From: Flavobacterium sp.
GTDB lineage: Bacteria > Bacteroidota > Bacteroidia > Flavobacteriales > Flavobacteriaceae
NCBI GenBank assembly: GCA_020403245.1
Contig: JADBYA010000006.1
Span: 25,494-89,493 of the forward strand
DNA length: 64,000 nt
Direction: 5' to 3'
Notes under the pieces: generated by a model
The model's input: the letters and a program-made list of their open reading frames with translations, nothing else
What the model was told of the DNA's origin: nothing
The model's database searches: none
In this document: one piece after another, positions 9,230 to 19,138 of the stretch
Position numbering within the stretch: the first letter of the stretch is position 1
How the letters are laid out: every line of letters begins with the position of its first letter
Position numbers and translations under genes: made by a program

Positions 9230-9721
9230 TTAATTTAAATCTAAACTGTACAAATAAGAATCTATAATTTCAAAAGAAATTGTTTCATCTTCGTTCAAAA
9301 AATATTTCAAGAGTACTTCTCCCCAAAGACTGCCATTACTATAATCCGCAATAATCCATCGATGGTTCAAAATTTTAATTTTATTAATAATAAACTTTTG
9401 CTCTCCCATTTTTGGTTGATCAATATATTTGTTACCTGCAGGATCATCATTAAAAGCCAATAATGACTGTTTTACTTTATCTTCAAAAGCTGGTAAATCA
9501 TTTTGATTCAAATAATTCTGAGCCCTATCATTATGGTCAAGTGAAAAATAATTTGAGTCGTCTAGTTTATTGCTTACACTAGTCAAACTGTCTTTTACTT
9601 TATTAAGAGAAGAAGACATCGACTTTAATTCATCTTCGGTTTTTGTAGTAAAATATTTGTAAGTAAAAATATTCATCAACAATGCAATGATAAAAAGATA
9701 TAGAAATAAAGAATTTTTCAT
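9230..9721 (-). CDS. Hypothetical membrane-anchored protein
   Basis: N-terminal TM (LFLYLFIIALLMNIF). 163 aa. Confidence 0.45.
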   Translation of the reverse strand: MKNSLFLYLFIIALLMNIFTYKYFTTKTEDELKSMSSSLNKVKDSLTSVSNKLDDSNYFSLDHNDRAQNYLNQNDLPAFEDKVKQSLLAFNDDPAGNKYIDQPKMGEQKFIINKIKILNHRWIIADYSNGSLWGEVLLKYFLNEDETISFEIIDSYLYSLDLN

Positions 9722-9726
9722 AAATG

Positions 9727-10494
9727 CTAAATTGTAATTTTTAAATTGTCATATGCCAAAAATACATTTGGCGGTAATTGATTTTGAACATCTTCATGAA
9801 ACCCAAGATGATGACTGATATGAGTTAAATAAGCAATTTCAGGTTTTACCAAATGTATAAAATCTAAAGCATCTTGCAAACTAAAATGAGAATGATGTAC
9901 TTCTTCTCGTAATGCATTTACAATCAATACTTTTACCCCTTTTAGCTTTTGAATCTCAGAATCATCAATAGTTTTTACATCTGTTAAATATACAAAATCT
10001 TGGATACGATAACCAAAAACTTGAAGATTTCCATGATTTACATTAATTGGAATTATTTGGGTATTTCCTATTTCAAAAGTTGTACCATTTTTAACTTCAA
10101 ATGTTTCAACACACGGTGAGCCAGGATATTTATTTTCTGATTCAAATATATAGTCAAATCGTCTTGTTAAATTATCTAATACACGTTTATGAGCATAAAT
10201 CGGAATATCTTTTTTTTGCTTGAAAAAAAAAGGGCGAATATCATCCAAACCTGCGGTATGATCAGCATGTTCATGGGTAAATAATAATGCATCCATTTTG
10301 AGACAACCCGAAGTGAGCATTTGCTGTCTAAAATCAGGACCACAATCAATTATTATTGACAAGTCGTCCCAGCGTATCCAAACTGAAACGCGCAACCGTT
10401 TGTCTTTTGTGTCAGAACTCATGCAAACAGGATGATTACTTCCAATTACAGGAATACCTTGAGAAGTTCCGGTTCCTAGAAAATATACTTGCAT
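9727..10494 (-). CDS. MBL-fold metallo-hydrolase (PhnP-like)
   Basis: HxHxDH motif (FTHEHADHTAG). 255 aa. Confidence 0.8.
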   Translation of the reverse strand: MQVYFLGTGTSQGIPVIGSNHPVCMSSDTKDKRLRVSVWIRWDDLSIIIDCGPDFRQQMLTSGCLKMDALLFTHEHADHTAGLDDIRPFFFKQKKDIPIYAHKRVLDNLTRRFDYIFESENKYPGSPCVETFEVKNGTTFEIGNTQIIPINVNHGNLQVFGYRIQDFVYLTDVKTIDDSEIQKLKGVKVLIVNALREEVHHSHFSLQDALDFIHLVKPEIAYLTHISHHLGFHEDVQNQLPPNVFLAYDNLKITI

Positions 10495-10551
10495 TTTAGC
10501 ACGATTTTTGATAAAGTTATTTTGAAGTTTGATTTTAAAAGTAATTAACTA

Positions 10552-10559
10552 CAAAAATA
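10552..10559 (-). promoter_or_regulatory. -7 promoter box (TAnnTTTG on minus strand)
   Basis: Plus-strand CAAAAATA equals TATTTTTG on the minus strand, 58 nt upstream of the ATG at 10494. Confidence 0.3.
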
Positions 10560-10594
10560 GGGTTAAATATCTTTTTATAAAATAGCTATTTTAC

Positions 10595-10602
10595 TAACTT
10601 TG
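10595..10602 (+). promoter_or_regulatory. -7 promoter box (TAnnTTTG)
   Basis: TAACTTTG, 19 nt upstream of the ATG at 10621. Confidence 0.4.
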
Positions 10603-10620
10603 CAATGAATAAAAACTATT

Positions 10621-12087
10621 ATGAATAATATTGTTACAAATATAAAGCTCAAAGGAGATAAAGCCATAGAGCAAATACCTGCTATCAAAGATAAGGCATT
10701 ACGCATTAACATGAATGAAAATATCTATGGTACTTTTGCAGAAATTGGAGCTGGGCAAGAAACCGTAAGGCATTTTTTTAGAGCAGGTGGCTCTTCTGGA
10801 ACAATTGCAAAAGCAATGTCAGCGTACGACAAAGATTTTAGTGATGCTATCTATGGAATAGAAGATGATGGGAGATATGTTACAGAAAGTAGACTAAAAA
10901 AAATGCTTAATCATGAAGTTGAACTTATAGAAAAGCGTTTAAAAAGAGATAAACATCCTAATAAAATGTTTTTTAGTTTTGCAAATACAGTTGCTACTAT
11001 TGACTTTGCTAAACAATTTAAAGGACATGGCTGGGTTGGAATAAAATACCAAGTCGAACCAGATGAAGATTATAATGAGATTATACTTCACATTCGATTT
11101 AAAGAAACTGATTCTAAACTACAACAAGAAACACTTGGCGTTTTGGGTGTAAATCTCATTTATGGTGCCTATTATAAATACAATGACCCAAAAAAATTGC
11201 TTCGCTATTTATATGACCATCTCGATAAAGATCAATTAGAAATAGATACTATTAACTTTTCTGGTCCCCGATTTAAAAATGTTGACAACAGATTAATGAG
11301 TCTGCAGTTGGTTAAAAACGCAATGACCGATGCGGTAATGTTTGGCCCTGACGGAAAAAATATTTTACCTGCTTCCATTCTTTATAAAAAGAATATCTTA
11401 GCTTTAAGAGGAAGTTTCAGACCTGTCACACAAGTAAATATTGACATGTATGAGAAATCATTAAAAATGTTTCTTGAAGAAAGCAAAGTAGAAAAAGAGA
11501 ATACACTAGTTATTTTTGAAATTACTCTTTCCAATTTACGTTCTGAAGGTGAAATTGATGAGAGAGATTTTATGGATAGAGCAGAATTGCTTTGCAATCT
11601 TGGTCAAACCGTTATGATATCAAATTTCCAAGAATATTACAAGGTTGTTGAATATTTCTCAAGTTATACTAAAGCCAGAATGGGATTGGCAATGGGAGTT
11701 AATAATTTAGTGGATATTTTTGATGAAAAATATTACCGTCATTTGAGTGGTGGAATTTTGGAAGCTTTTGGAAAATTATTCTACCGTGACTTGAAAGTTT
11801 TCTTATATCCTATGGAAAACGAAAATGGTGAAATTATTACTTCTCAAAACTTGAAAGTTCATCCAAGAATGAAGGAATTATATAAATTTTTTGCCTATAA
11901 CGGTAAAGTGGTTGACATTAGTGATTTTGACAAAAGTCACTTAAAAATATTCTCTCGCGAAGCTTTAAAAATGATTACCAATGGAACTCCAGGATGGGAA
12001 AATATGTTACCTGAGGGAATTGCTGATTTAATTAAAAAGCACCGTTTGTTTGGTTACGACCCTAATAAAGTGCTGCAGAAAGCATAA
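10621..12087 (+). CDS. Conserved cytoplasmic protein of unknown function
   Basis: 488-aa uninterrupted ORF with no signal peptide or TM. I cannot assign a family. Confidence 0.5.
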   Translation: MNNIVTNIKLKGDKAIEQIPAIKDKALRINMNENIYGTFAEIGAGQETVRHFFRAGGSSGTIAKAMSAYDKDFSDAIYGIEDDGRYVTESRLKKMLNHEVELIEKRLKRDKHPNKMFFSFANTVATIDFAKQFKGHGWVGIKYQVEPDEDYNEIILHIRFKETDSKLQQETLGVLGVNLIYGAYYKYNDPKKLLRYLYDHLDKDQLEIDTINFSGPRFKNVDNRLMSLQLVKNAMTDAVMFGPDGKNILPASILYKKNILALRGSFRPVTQVNIDMYEKSLKMFLEESKVEKENTLVIFEITLSNLRSEGEIDERDFMDRAELLCNLGQTVMISNFQEYYKVVEYFSSYTKARMGLAMGVNNLVDIFDEKYYRHLSGGILEAFGKLFYRDLKVFLYPMENENGEIITSQNLKVHPRMKELYKFFAYNGKVVDISDFDKSHLKIFSREALKMITNGTPGWENMLPEGIADLIKKHRLFGYDPNKVLQKA

Positions 12088-12091
12088 AATT

Positions 12092-12127
12092 AAAAGCCAA
12101 GAAAATTATTATTCTTGGCTTTTTTTT
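12092..12127. terminator. Bidirectional terminator between convergent genes
   Basis: 12-bp stem AAAAGCCAAGAA/TTCTTGGCTTTT with an 8-nt loop, A-run before and T-run after. Confidence 0.65.
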
Positions 12128-12132
12128 ATTTA

Positions 12133-12585
12133 TTACTTCAATATTTGTGAAGCGTGTGATTTGGTTTTTACATCGGTAATCACTTCATCTATAATACCTT
12201 GTTCATCAATAATAAAAGTAGTTCGGTGTATACCATCGTATTCTTTACCCATAAACTTTTTTGGTCCCCAAACGCCAAATGCTTGTATTACTGATTTGTC
12301 TTCGTCTGCCAATAGCGGAAAAGGAAACTCGTATTTGTTTTTGAAGTTGGATTGTGCTTTGGCATTATCGGCACTAACGCCAAGTAGGGCATAATTATTG
12401 GTACTAAATCGCTCAAAATTATCTCTCAAATCGCAAGCTTCGGCGGTACAACCTGGTGTGTTGGCTTTTGGATAAAAGAAAACTACTAATTTTTTACCTT
12501 TGTAATCTGCTAATGTGTGAAGATTTCCATCTTGATCTTTCCCTGAAAAACTAGGAGCATTATCTCCTTTTTGAAGTGTTGTCAT
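12133..12585 (-). CDS. bcp: Thiol peroxidase Bcp (peroxiredoxin)
   Basis: FFYPKANTPGCTAEACDLRD peroxidatic-Cys motif. 150 aa. Confidence 0.9.
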   Translation of the reverse strand: MTTLQKGDNAPSFSGKDQDGNLHTLADYKGKKLVVFFYPKANTPGCTAEACDLRDNFERFSTNNYALLGVSADNAKAQSNFKNKYEFPFPLLADEDKSVIQAFGVWGPKKFMGKEYDGIHRTTFIIDEQGIIDEVITDVKTKSHASQILK

Positions 12586-12615
12586 TATATTTATTGTTTA
12601 AAATAGTTTAAAGTT

Positions 12616-12623
12616 TAACTTTG
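12616..12623 (+). promoter_or_regulatory. -7 promoter box (TAnnTTTG)
   Basis: TAACTTTG, 36 nt upstream of the ATG at 12659. Confidence 0.4.
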
Positions 12624-12658
12624 TTTGAAGTTTTTTAAAATATAAAAATACAAAAAAA

Positions 12659-13318
12659 ATGACCAAAAAAGAACGTGCAACAGTTGTAATAAATACGTTA
12701 AAGGAATTGTATCCTTCTATTCCTGTTCCGTTGGATCATAAAGATCCTTATACTTTGTTAATTGCAGTGCTACTTTCGGCACAATGTACTGATGTTCGTG
12801 TAAACCAAATAACACCTATTTTGTTTGCTAAAGCTGATAATCCATATGATATGGTGAAACTTTCCGTCGAAGAAATAAAGGAAATAATACGCCCATGTGG
12901 TTTATCACCTATGAAGTCTAAAGGAATTCATGGATTGTCTGAAATATTGATTGAAGAACACAACGGACAAGTACCACAATCATTTGAAGCATTGGAGAGA
13001 TTACCAGCTGTGGGACATAAAACTGCCAGTGTGGTTATGTCGCAAGCTTTCGGTGTTCCTGCTTTTCCTGTTGACACTCATATCCACAGGTTGATGTATC
13101 GATGGAATTTAACCAATGGAAAAAACGTTGTTCAAACAGAAAAGGATGCTAAAGCTATTTTTCCAGAAGAAATTTGGAATGATTTACACCTTCAAATTAT
13201 ATGGTATGGTAGAGAATATTCTCCAGCTCGTGGATGGGATTTAGACAAAGACATAATCACCAAAACAATAGGAAGAAAAACAGTTTTAAAGGAATATTAT
13301 AAAAAAACAGTCCGATAA
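12659..13318 (+). CDS. nth: Endonuclease III family DNA glycosylase (HhH-GPD), lacking the C-terminal Fe-S Cys cluster
   Basis: HhH motif LPAVGHKTASVVM with the catalytic Lys, and VDTHIHR Asp. The C-terminal 45 aa contain no cysteine. Confidence 0.85.
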   Translation: MTKKERATVVINTLKELYPSIPVPLDHKDPYTLLIAVLLSAQCTDVRVNQITPILFAKADNPYDMVKLSVEEIKEIIRPCGLSPMKSKGIHGLSEILIEEHNGQVPQSFEALERLPAVGHKTASVVMSQAFGVPAFPVDTHIHRLMYRWNLTNGKNVVQTEKDAKAIFPEEIWNDLHLQIIWYGREYSPARGWDLDKDIITKTIGRKTVLKEYYKKTVR

Positions 13319-13336
13319 ATTATATCGGACTGTTTC
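13307..13336. terminator. Bidirectional terminator
   Basis: 11-bp perfect stem ACAGTCCGATA/TATCGGACTGT overlapping the nth stop codon. Confidence 0.65.
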
Positions 13337-13480
13337 TTAATTAGCTATATTTTCGAAGTTCATGTTTCCAATTTTAATAATATTCAATGCACAAGAATAT
13401 TGTAATATTAAACGAATTGTTTCTTTTTTTGGTAACATTGTTTTTTTTGCTAATTCCCTTTTAGAGTAAAGTTTTGCCAT
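13337..13480 (-). CDS. Candidate 47-aa small ORF downstream of the sigma factor
   Basis: ATG at 13480 to TAA at 13337-13339 (MAKLYSKRELAKKTMLPKKETIRLILQYSCALNIIKIGNMNFENIAN). Sits 59 nt after the sigma gene and ends at the terminator. Below the ORF-track length cut-off. Confidence 0.25.
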   Translation of the reverse strand: MAKLYSKRELAKKTMLPKKETIRLILQYSCALNIIKIGNMNFENIAN

Positions 13481-13539
13481 ATACTAACAATTAATTTTAA
13501 GTTGTTTATATAGTAACGCAAAAAAATAGTTATTATTGT

Positions 13540-14127
13540 TTATGTGGGCAAATAAATTTTATTTTTTTCTATAACTTTACGCAAATTTGTCAATGCATAA
13601 CGCATTCTGCCTAAGGTAGTGTTAACGCTAACACCCGTTAAATCTGCAATTTCTTTAAAACTCATTTCCAAAAAGTAGCGCATCATGATTACTTCTTTTT
13701 GATCATGAGGCAATTTTTCAATAATGGCTTTTAAATCAATATTTACTTGATTCTTAATTAATGTGTTTTCGATGTTATGTGTATTGTCAGTAATTTTTGA
13801 AAAAACTGATAAATCATCAGTATCCCGACTTAAAGGCATTTTTTTATCATTTCTGTACTTATCAATAATCAAATTGCTAGCAATACGTAAAATCCAGGAT
13901 AAAAATTTACCTTCTTCATTATAATACTTTTTTTCTTTTAAAGTGTATATGACTTTGTAAAAAGTTTCTTGAAAAATATCTTCAGTGAGATCTCTATCCA
14001 ATACCTTAGAATAGATATAACCGTATATTTTTGATTGGTGTCTATTAATTAATACAGCAAGAGAATTTTCATCGCCTGCAATGTATTTATTAACTAATAT
14101 CGCATCAGGAAGTTGCAAATTTGCCAT
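13540..14127 (-). CDS. RNA polymerase sigma-70 family (ECF-type) sigma factor
   Basis: Region 2 (DIFQETFYKV...WILRIASNLIIDKYR) and region 4 HTH (SFKEIADLTGVSVNTTLGRMRYALTNLRK). Confidence 0.85.
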   Translation of the reverse strand: MANLQLPDAILVNKYIAGDENSLAVLINRHQSKIYGYIYSKVLDRDLTEDIFQETFYKVIYTLKEKKYYNEEGKFLSWILRIASNLIIDKYRNDKKMPLSRDTDDLSVFSKITDNTHNIENTLIKNQVNIDLKAIIEKLPHDQKEVIMMRYFLEMSFKEIADLTGVSVNTTLGRMRYALTNLRKVIEKNKIYLPT

Positions 14128-14406
14128 AACATTACCTTTTAGTTGGGGTTAAAAAAATATTTTTAATCTAAAAAGTAATTATTTTCTATAGGCAAAATCT
14201 ATTTATGAATTATTTATGATCCAAATTTAACAATATTTTAAAATAAAAAACAAATAAAAAATGAAAAAAATAAATTTTAATCATTTTTCTTTCAATTTCA
14301 TTAATAAAAAAAAAGACAATAATGTACTAGATAAATCGAATAACAAAGCAATTCAACTCTATATCCAAATCAATATTGAAATACACTGTCAGTGACTATT
14401 CAATTA

Positions 14407-16110
14407 CTATTTCTTAATAATTTTTAAATTTTGAATACCATTTGAATTTTCTACTCTCAAAAAATAAATTCCTGCTTGATATCCACTCATATCAAAAGCA
14501 AAGTCAGCATTTACTTCATTTACATAATGAATTTTTCCTAAAACATCTGATAAAGTAATTTTATTTTGCTCATCATTCAATTGCAAATTCAATATATCTT
14601 CTACTGGATTTGGATAAGCAAAATGTTTTTTGATAGCAAAATTTGATATTCCAAGTGAGCAATTATTATTACCTACAACATAAGAAAAATAATTTGTTAC
14701 AGATAATCCACCAGCGTAAGCAAACTTAACGGCATAAGTAATGATTGAACCTATTGTTTGTCCGGTAATAGTTTGAGTAAAAGTTTGTCCTGAAACATTG
14801 GTCATTTGAGTCTCGGTAAATGGTGATTGTCTTCTTAAAAAAGCAACTAATCCTACTCTATTGTCTAGCAACTCAAATGTAATTTTTACATCTGTTCCTA
14901 TGGTTTGAAAAGAATAATTATACCCTAAAGTAAACGTACCCTCAGTTGCTTGAGTACTGTTTCCTGAGCACTGCGGATTAAAAGTTGTTGTTGCATTCAG
15001 AACAATCGGGCTATTGGCAACCGCATTTCCAGTCATGTCAGTTGCTGCAATTGTGAAAGTATAATTGGTATTAGACGCTAAATTTGGAATAACTACTGAT
15101 TTTTGCACTCCTGACGGATTATACACAGTGGTAGTTGTTCCACCGGGATAGGAAATAGTATAAGCGATTGTTCCTGAATTATCATTTGCATTCATTAACA
15201 ATTCAACTGAAGAACCAGTAACGGAACCAAGAGAGGCTACAAAATTAGTTGGTGCTTGAGTATCTATAGCAGTATTTTGATACACTCTAATATAATCAAT
15301 TATCATAGATGCTTGTGTGAAATTTGCTGGAATTGTGCCTGCAAAACCTCCCATAGCTATATTTAGTAGAAAATATTGATCTGCATTAAATGGCCAAGTA
15401 CTGGCATTTTTAACAGCTGGATTATACGTATAAAAAGCAACATTATCTAATAAGAATGTAATTTGATTAGGCGACCAATTCATTGAATAAATATGGTAGT
15501 TCTGCGCTATATCTGACGCTTGAATACCTCCTTTATTTATTGTGTTTCCGGAAGATGAAGTGGTGTGTATTGCAGCCCCAATATAATTAATTGGTTGTCC
15601 AGGGAAAATCCCATGTTCCATAATATCAATTTCGCCACAAGCAGGCCAACTCGTAGTTCCAAAATTCTGGTCAAAAAAACCACCGTCTTCATTAATGTTT
15701 TTTCCCAAAAGCCATAAAGCAGGCCATGTTCCCTGTGCGTTTGGTACTTTAGCTCTGATATCTACTCGACCATAAGTAAATGCAAATTTGGAGTTTAACC
15801 TCGCAGAGGTATATTGTTTTGTAACATTTTGGTTTGTAAATGTTTCTTTTTTTGCAACAATATTTAAATTTCCATTATTTACAAAAGAGTTACTTAATAA
15901 GTTAGTATAGTGCTGCACTTCATTATTAAACCAACTTCCTCCTGCTGGTAATTGAGTTTGATGAAACCATTTGTTCGAATCAATTGCTCCATTGGTATTG
16001 AACTCGTCCGACCATACTAAGTTGTTATAAACAACATCGATTTGAGAATATGATAATTGACTGATAAGAAAAAAAGAAAAAACAAATTTATAAAGCTTAG
16101 CATTTTTCAT
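14407..16110 (-). CDS. GH16 endo-beta-1,3-glucanase (laminarinase) with FN3-like and extra modules plus a T9SS C-terminal sorting domain
   Basis: GH16 catalytic motif GEIDIMEH and WPALWLLG. C-terminus YPNPVEDILNL...GIYFLRVENSNGIQNLKIIKK is a type-A T9SS CTD. Confidence 0.85.
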   Translation of the reverse strand: MKNAKLYKFVFSFFLISQLSYSQIDVVYNNLVWSDEFNTNGAIDSNKWFHQTQLPAGGSWFNNEVQHYTNLLSNSFVNNGNLNIVAKKETFTNQNVTKQYTSARLNSKFAFTYGRVDIRAKVPNAQGTWPALWLLGKNINEDGGFFDQNFGTTSWPACGEIDIMEHGIFPGQPINYIGAAIHTTSSSGNTINKGGIQASDIAQNYHIYSMNWSPNQITFLLDNVAFYTYNPAVKNASTWPFNADQYFLLNIAMGGFAGTIPANFTQASMIIDYIRVYQNTAIDTQAPTNFVASLGSVTGSSVELLMNANDNSGTIAYTISYPGGTTTTVYNPSGVQKSVVIPNLASNTNYTFTIAATDMTGNAVANSPIVLNATTTFNPQCSGNSTQATEGTFTLGYNYSFQTIGTDVKITFELLDNRVGLVAFLRRQSPFTETQMTNVSGQTFTQTITGQTIGSIITYAVKFAYAGGLSVTNYFSYVVGNNNCSLGISNFAIKKHFAYPNPVEDILNLQLNDEQNKITLSDVLGKIHYVNEVNADFAFDMSGYQAGIYFLRVENSNGIQNLKIIKK

Positions 16111-16163
16111 AATCAGATTTACTTTTATTATTTTTAATTTAATTTAAATAGGTTTAAAATATG

Positions 16164-17603
16164 TTAATGGGTTGCAGATTGTTCTCCACGTATAGCCAAC
16201 AACTCTGCCTTAATCTCTTTGGCTTTTTGTTCATCTAAGTCATAATTCCTCATCACCCACATGGCAATTAAGGTACCGAATATTGGCACCCCTGAAAAGA
16301 AAAGTCTCAATCCTGTTACTGCACCTTCTGGTTGTGTTGGAGCACCTGCTTTAAAAGCTACTGCTGACATAATTACACCTGTTAATAATCCCGCAATTGC
16401 AAAACCAAATTTCACCATCCACCAATAAATTGCACCAAAAACACCTTCTCTTCGTTTGCCAGACTTTAATTCGTCCATATCACAAACATCGGCTGTCATC
16501 GACATCATTAATGTAAACAAACTTCCAATTCCGAAGGAAAAGAAAGGCAGGGCAAACAAAAACATATAGGGTTTACCCGGAATAAAAAGAAACCAAAGCA
16601 ATATATATCCGAAAACCGAAATTCCTTGAGAGAGCAGAAATGCTTTCTTTTTCTCCATTTTTTTTGACATCCAAGCTACAATTGGAATAACAATAAAAGT
16701 AGTTGCTAAAGCACCGCAACATCCGAAAAGTGTTGGCCAAATTCCTGCTGCTGCTGTATCTCCATTAAATAAATAATACACTACAATAAAAAAAGTAAAA
16801 CCTGCAACCGTATTGAAGGCATTAAAAATGAAAAACGTTGCTATACAGAGTTTTCTGAAGGGTTTATTGCTAAATGCTTCTTTGAAACTTATTAAAATTT
16901 CTTTTAAACTTCCTCCGATGGTACTTAATGTTAATGGCTCTAGACTATTATCGAACTTGGTAGATTTACTTTTAATAAAAATGGCTGGAACCATAGCTAA
17001 TAACATAAATACAACACCTACCCATATTGCCAAAGTTCTAGTAGCGGTATCAGCATTAGGAAACCAAGATGGATCATACATAATTACCCAAAACCAAGGA
17101 GCAATTACCCAAGCCCATTGACCTATCCACTGAGATATGGCCATTATACTGGTTCTTTCGTGAAAATCATCACTCATTTCATAACCCATGGCCACGAAAG
17201 GAACACTAAAAATAGAAAGCCCAATATGAAATATAAGTGAAAAAGTTAGAAAAAAGGTAAAATTATACAGTATACTATCTTCTCTATATAGTTGCCACAT
17301 AATCATAAAAGCAATTCCCATGATAATAGAACCATAAAACACATATTGTCTTCTTCTTCCCCAAACCGATTTAGTATTATCTGAAATAAATCCCATAATT
17401 GGATCAAAAAAGGCATCGACAATTCTTGGTACAAAAAATAAAACACCCCACATCCAAGAAGGCATACCTAAATTCTCTACTAACACAACCATAAAAATCC
17501 CTAGTGCTGCAGGAAACATTTGGTTGGCTAGCATTCCTAAACCAAAGGCTATTTTTTGACCCATAGGAACTTTTCCTGATGAAGTTGAAGTAATTATTGA
17601 CAT
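16164..17603 (-). CDS. MFS transporter, glycoside-pentoside-hexuronide (GPH) cation symporter family
   Basis: About 12 TM helices. GPH loop motif DNTKSVWGRRRQYV. 479 aa. Confidence 0.8.
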   Translation of the reverse strand: MSIITSTSSGKVPMGQKIAFGLGMLANQMFPAALGIFMVVLVENLGMPSWMWGVLFFVPRIVDAFFDPIMGFISDNTKSVWGRRRQYVFYGSIIMGIAFMIMWQLYREDSILYNFTFFLTFSLIFHIGLSIFSVPFVAMGYEMSDDFHERTSIMAISQWIGQWAWVIAPWFWVIMYDPSWFPNADTATRTLAIWVGVVFMLLAMVPAIFIKSKSTKFDNSLEPLTLSTIGGSLKEILISFKEAFSNKPFRKLCIATFFIFNAFNTVAGFTFFIVVYYLFNGDTAAAGIWPTLFGCCGALATTFIVIPIVAWMSKKMEKKKAFLLSQGISVFGYILLWFLFIPGKPYMFLFALPFFSFGIGSLFTLMMSMTADVCDMDELKSGKRREGVFGAIYWWMVKFGFAIAGLLTGVIMSAVAFKAGAPTQPEGAVTGLRLFFSGVPIFGTLIAMWVMRNYDLDEQKAKEIKAELLAIRGEQSATH

Positions 17604-17627
17604 AGGTACTGTTTTTAAATTTTATGG

Positions 17628-19136
17628 TTAGTTTGGTTTTATTAAAATTGTTTGCAATGCTTTAGCATCAATAGAAATAGTTGACTTTTTATTAGATAGG
17701 TTTATTTCTAGTATTTGAATAACATCTGTTGGATTAAAAACAACTACTGCAATGCTACCATCAGGGTTTTTAACTGCTGTTGCCATAAGTTCATTATTAT
17801 TCATAGTGCATCCAATTTTCACAGCACCTGGACGCATGAATTTGCTAAAATGAGAGATTACATAATACAATGGTGTAAAGTACACTTCGTCTTTTTCAGT
17901 GTCTACAATCACAGGTGCTACACACCAGTTTTTGAACCAATTGGGACCACCTTGTGTATTTAAAACCATATTCCAATCGATCCATCCATCAACCCAATTG
18001 TTTAAACAACCAATAATATCAGCTGCATAACGATTGACTGGTGCGTATTTTGGATGTAAGTATTTGTCATTTTCACTTGCCCAGTCCCAACCCCAGTCTG
18101 TTGCCTCCTTTTTCCAATACCAAGCATCGTCTTTCCAATGTGGAATTTCAGAGTCGACACAAGCCTCTGTTTGAATTAAGTATTTATTAGGCGCTTTTTG
18201 ATGAGCATATTGCAACGCTTCGGGGAAAACTTCATAAGTGCTTTCATACCAATGAATAGCCAAACCATCAAAATATTTAGTTGATTTCTCGTCATTATAC
18301 ATCACATCAACCCATTCTTTTATACCCGCTCTATTTTGATCGTATCCTAATATCTTTATATCTCCCCAACCGTCTTTTTCTAGTTTTGGACCTAAATGAT
18401 TTTGAACAAATTGAGTCATCTCATTAGGTGAAAAAAGGGTGCTTTCCCAGTTATTTCCATTACCGTGAGGTTCATTGATAACGGTTACTCCCCAAATATT
18501 GATACCTTCTTTTTTATAGGCCTCTAAATATTTAGAAAAATATAAAGCAAACGTATCGTTGTATTGGGGCAGTAATTTTCCGCCCACATATTTTTTGTTG
18601 TCTTTCATCCATGGTGGAGCTGTCCAAGGTGAAGCAATGATAGTAAAACCTTCTTTTGAAATAGCTTTGGCTTCGAGAATCATGGGTATCAAATCCGATT
18701 TGTCATCTTCAATTGTAAAGTTTTTTAATTCTAAATCATCATCAACTTTGGCATACGTATAATTGCTTAATGAAAAATCACAAGAAGCTATGTGAGTTCT
18801 AGTCAGAGAATAATTAGCTCCTTCTTCGCTAAAATAAGCGTCTACTATTTTTTTGCGATTGTCTTTACTCAATCGATTGAGTAAAGAAGCCGAAGCTTCA
18901 GTAAAAGAGCCACCAAAACCAGTTATTGTTTGGAATTGTTGTTCAGGATTTAGCGTTATTTGTATTGGATTGGAATTTTTATGAAAATCGGTTATCTTGT
19001 TTAAAGTATTTCCGTTAGCAGAAGTTTCATAAACGTGTACTGTCATTTCTTTTGAGCTTCCGCAACCATACAATAATAATAGGAAACCAATTATCATTAG
19101 TTTAATAAGGGATATTTTTAAATGTACTTTATCCAT
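17628..19136 (-). CDS. GH30 glycoside hydrolase (beta-1,6-glucanase/glucosylceramidase-like) lipoprotein
   Basis: Lipobox LLLYGC. Clan-A motifs VINEPHG (acid/base) and LIQTEAC (nucleophile). GH30-like overall. Confidence 0.8.
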   Translation of the reverse strand: MDKVHLKISLIKLMIIGFLLLLYGCGSSKEMTVHVYETSANGNTLNKITDFHKNSNPIQITLNPEQQFQTITGFGGSFTEASASLLNRLSKDNRKKIVDAYFSEEGANYSLTRTHIASCDFSLSNYTYAKVDDDLELKNFTIEDDKSDLIPMILEAKAISKEGFTIIASPWTAPPWMKDNKKYVGGKLLPQYNDTFALYFSKYLEAYKKEGINIWGVTVINEPHGNGNNWESTLFSPNEMTQFVQNHLGPKLEKDGWGDIKILGYDQNRAGIKEWVDVMYNDEKSTKYFDGLAIHWYESTYEVFPEALQYAHQKAPNKYLIQTEACVDSEIPHWKDDAWYWKKEATDWGWDWASENDKYLHPKYAPVNRYAADIIGCLNNWVDGWIDWNMVLNTQGGPNWFKNWCVAPVIVDTEKDEVYFTPLYYVISHFSKFMRPGAVKIGCTMNNNELMATAVKNPDGSIAVVVFNPTDVIQILEINLSNKKSTISIDAKALQTILIKPN

Positions 19137-19138
19137 AA

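Noticed and set aside
12050-12394. A 114-aa plus-strand ORF overlapping bcp.
   Set aside because: It is entirely antisense to a clearly homologous peroxiredoxin gene and spans the terminator hairpin, so it is a shadow ORF.
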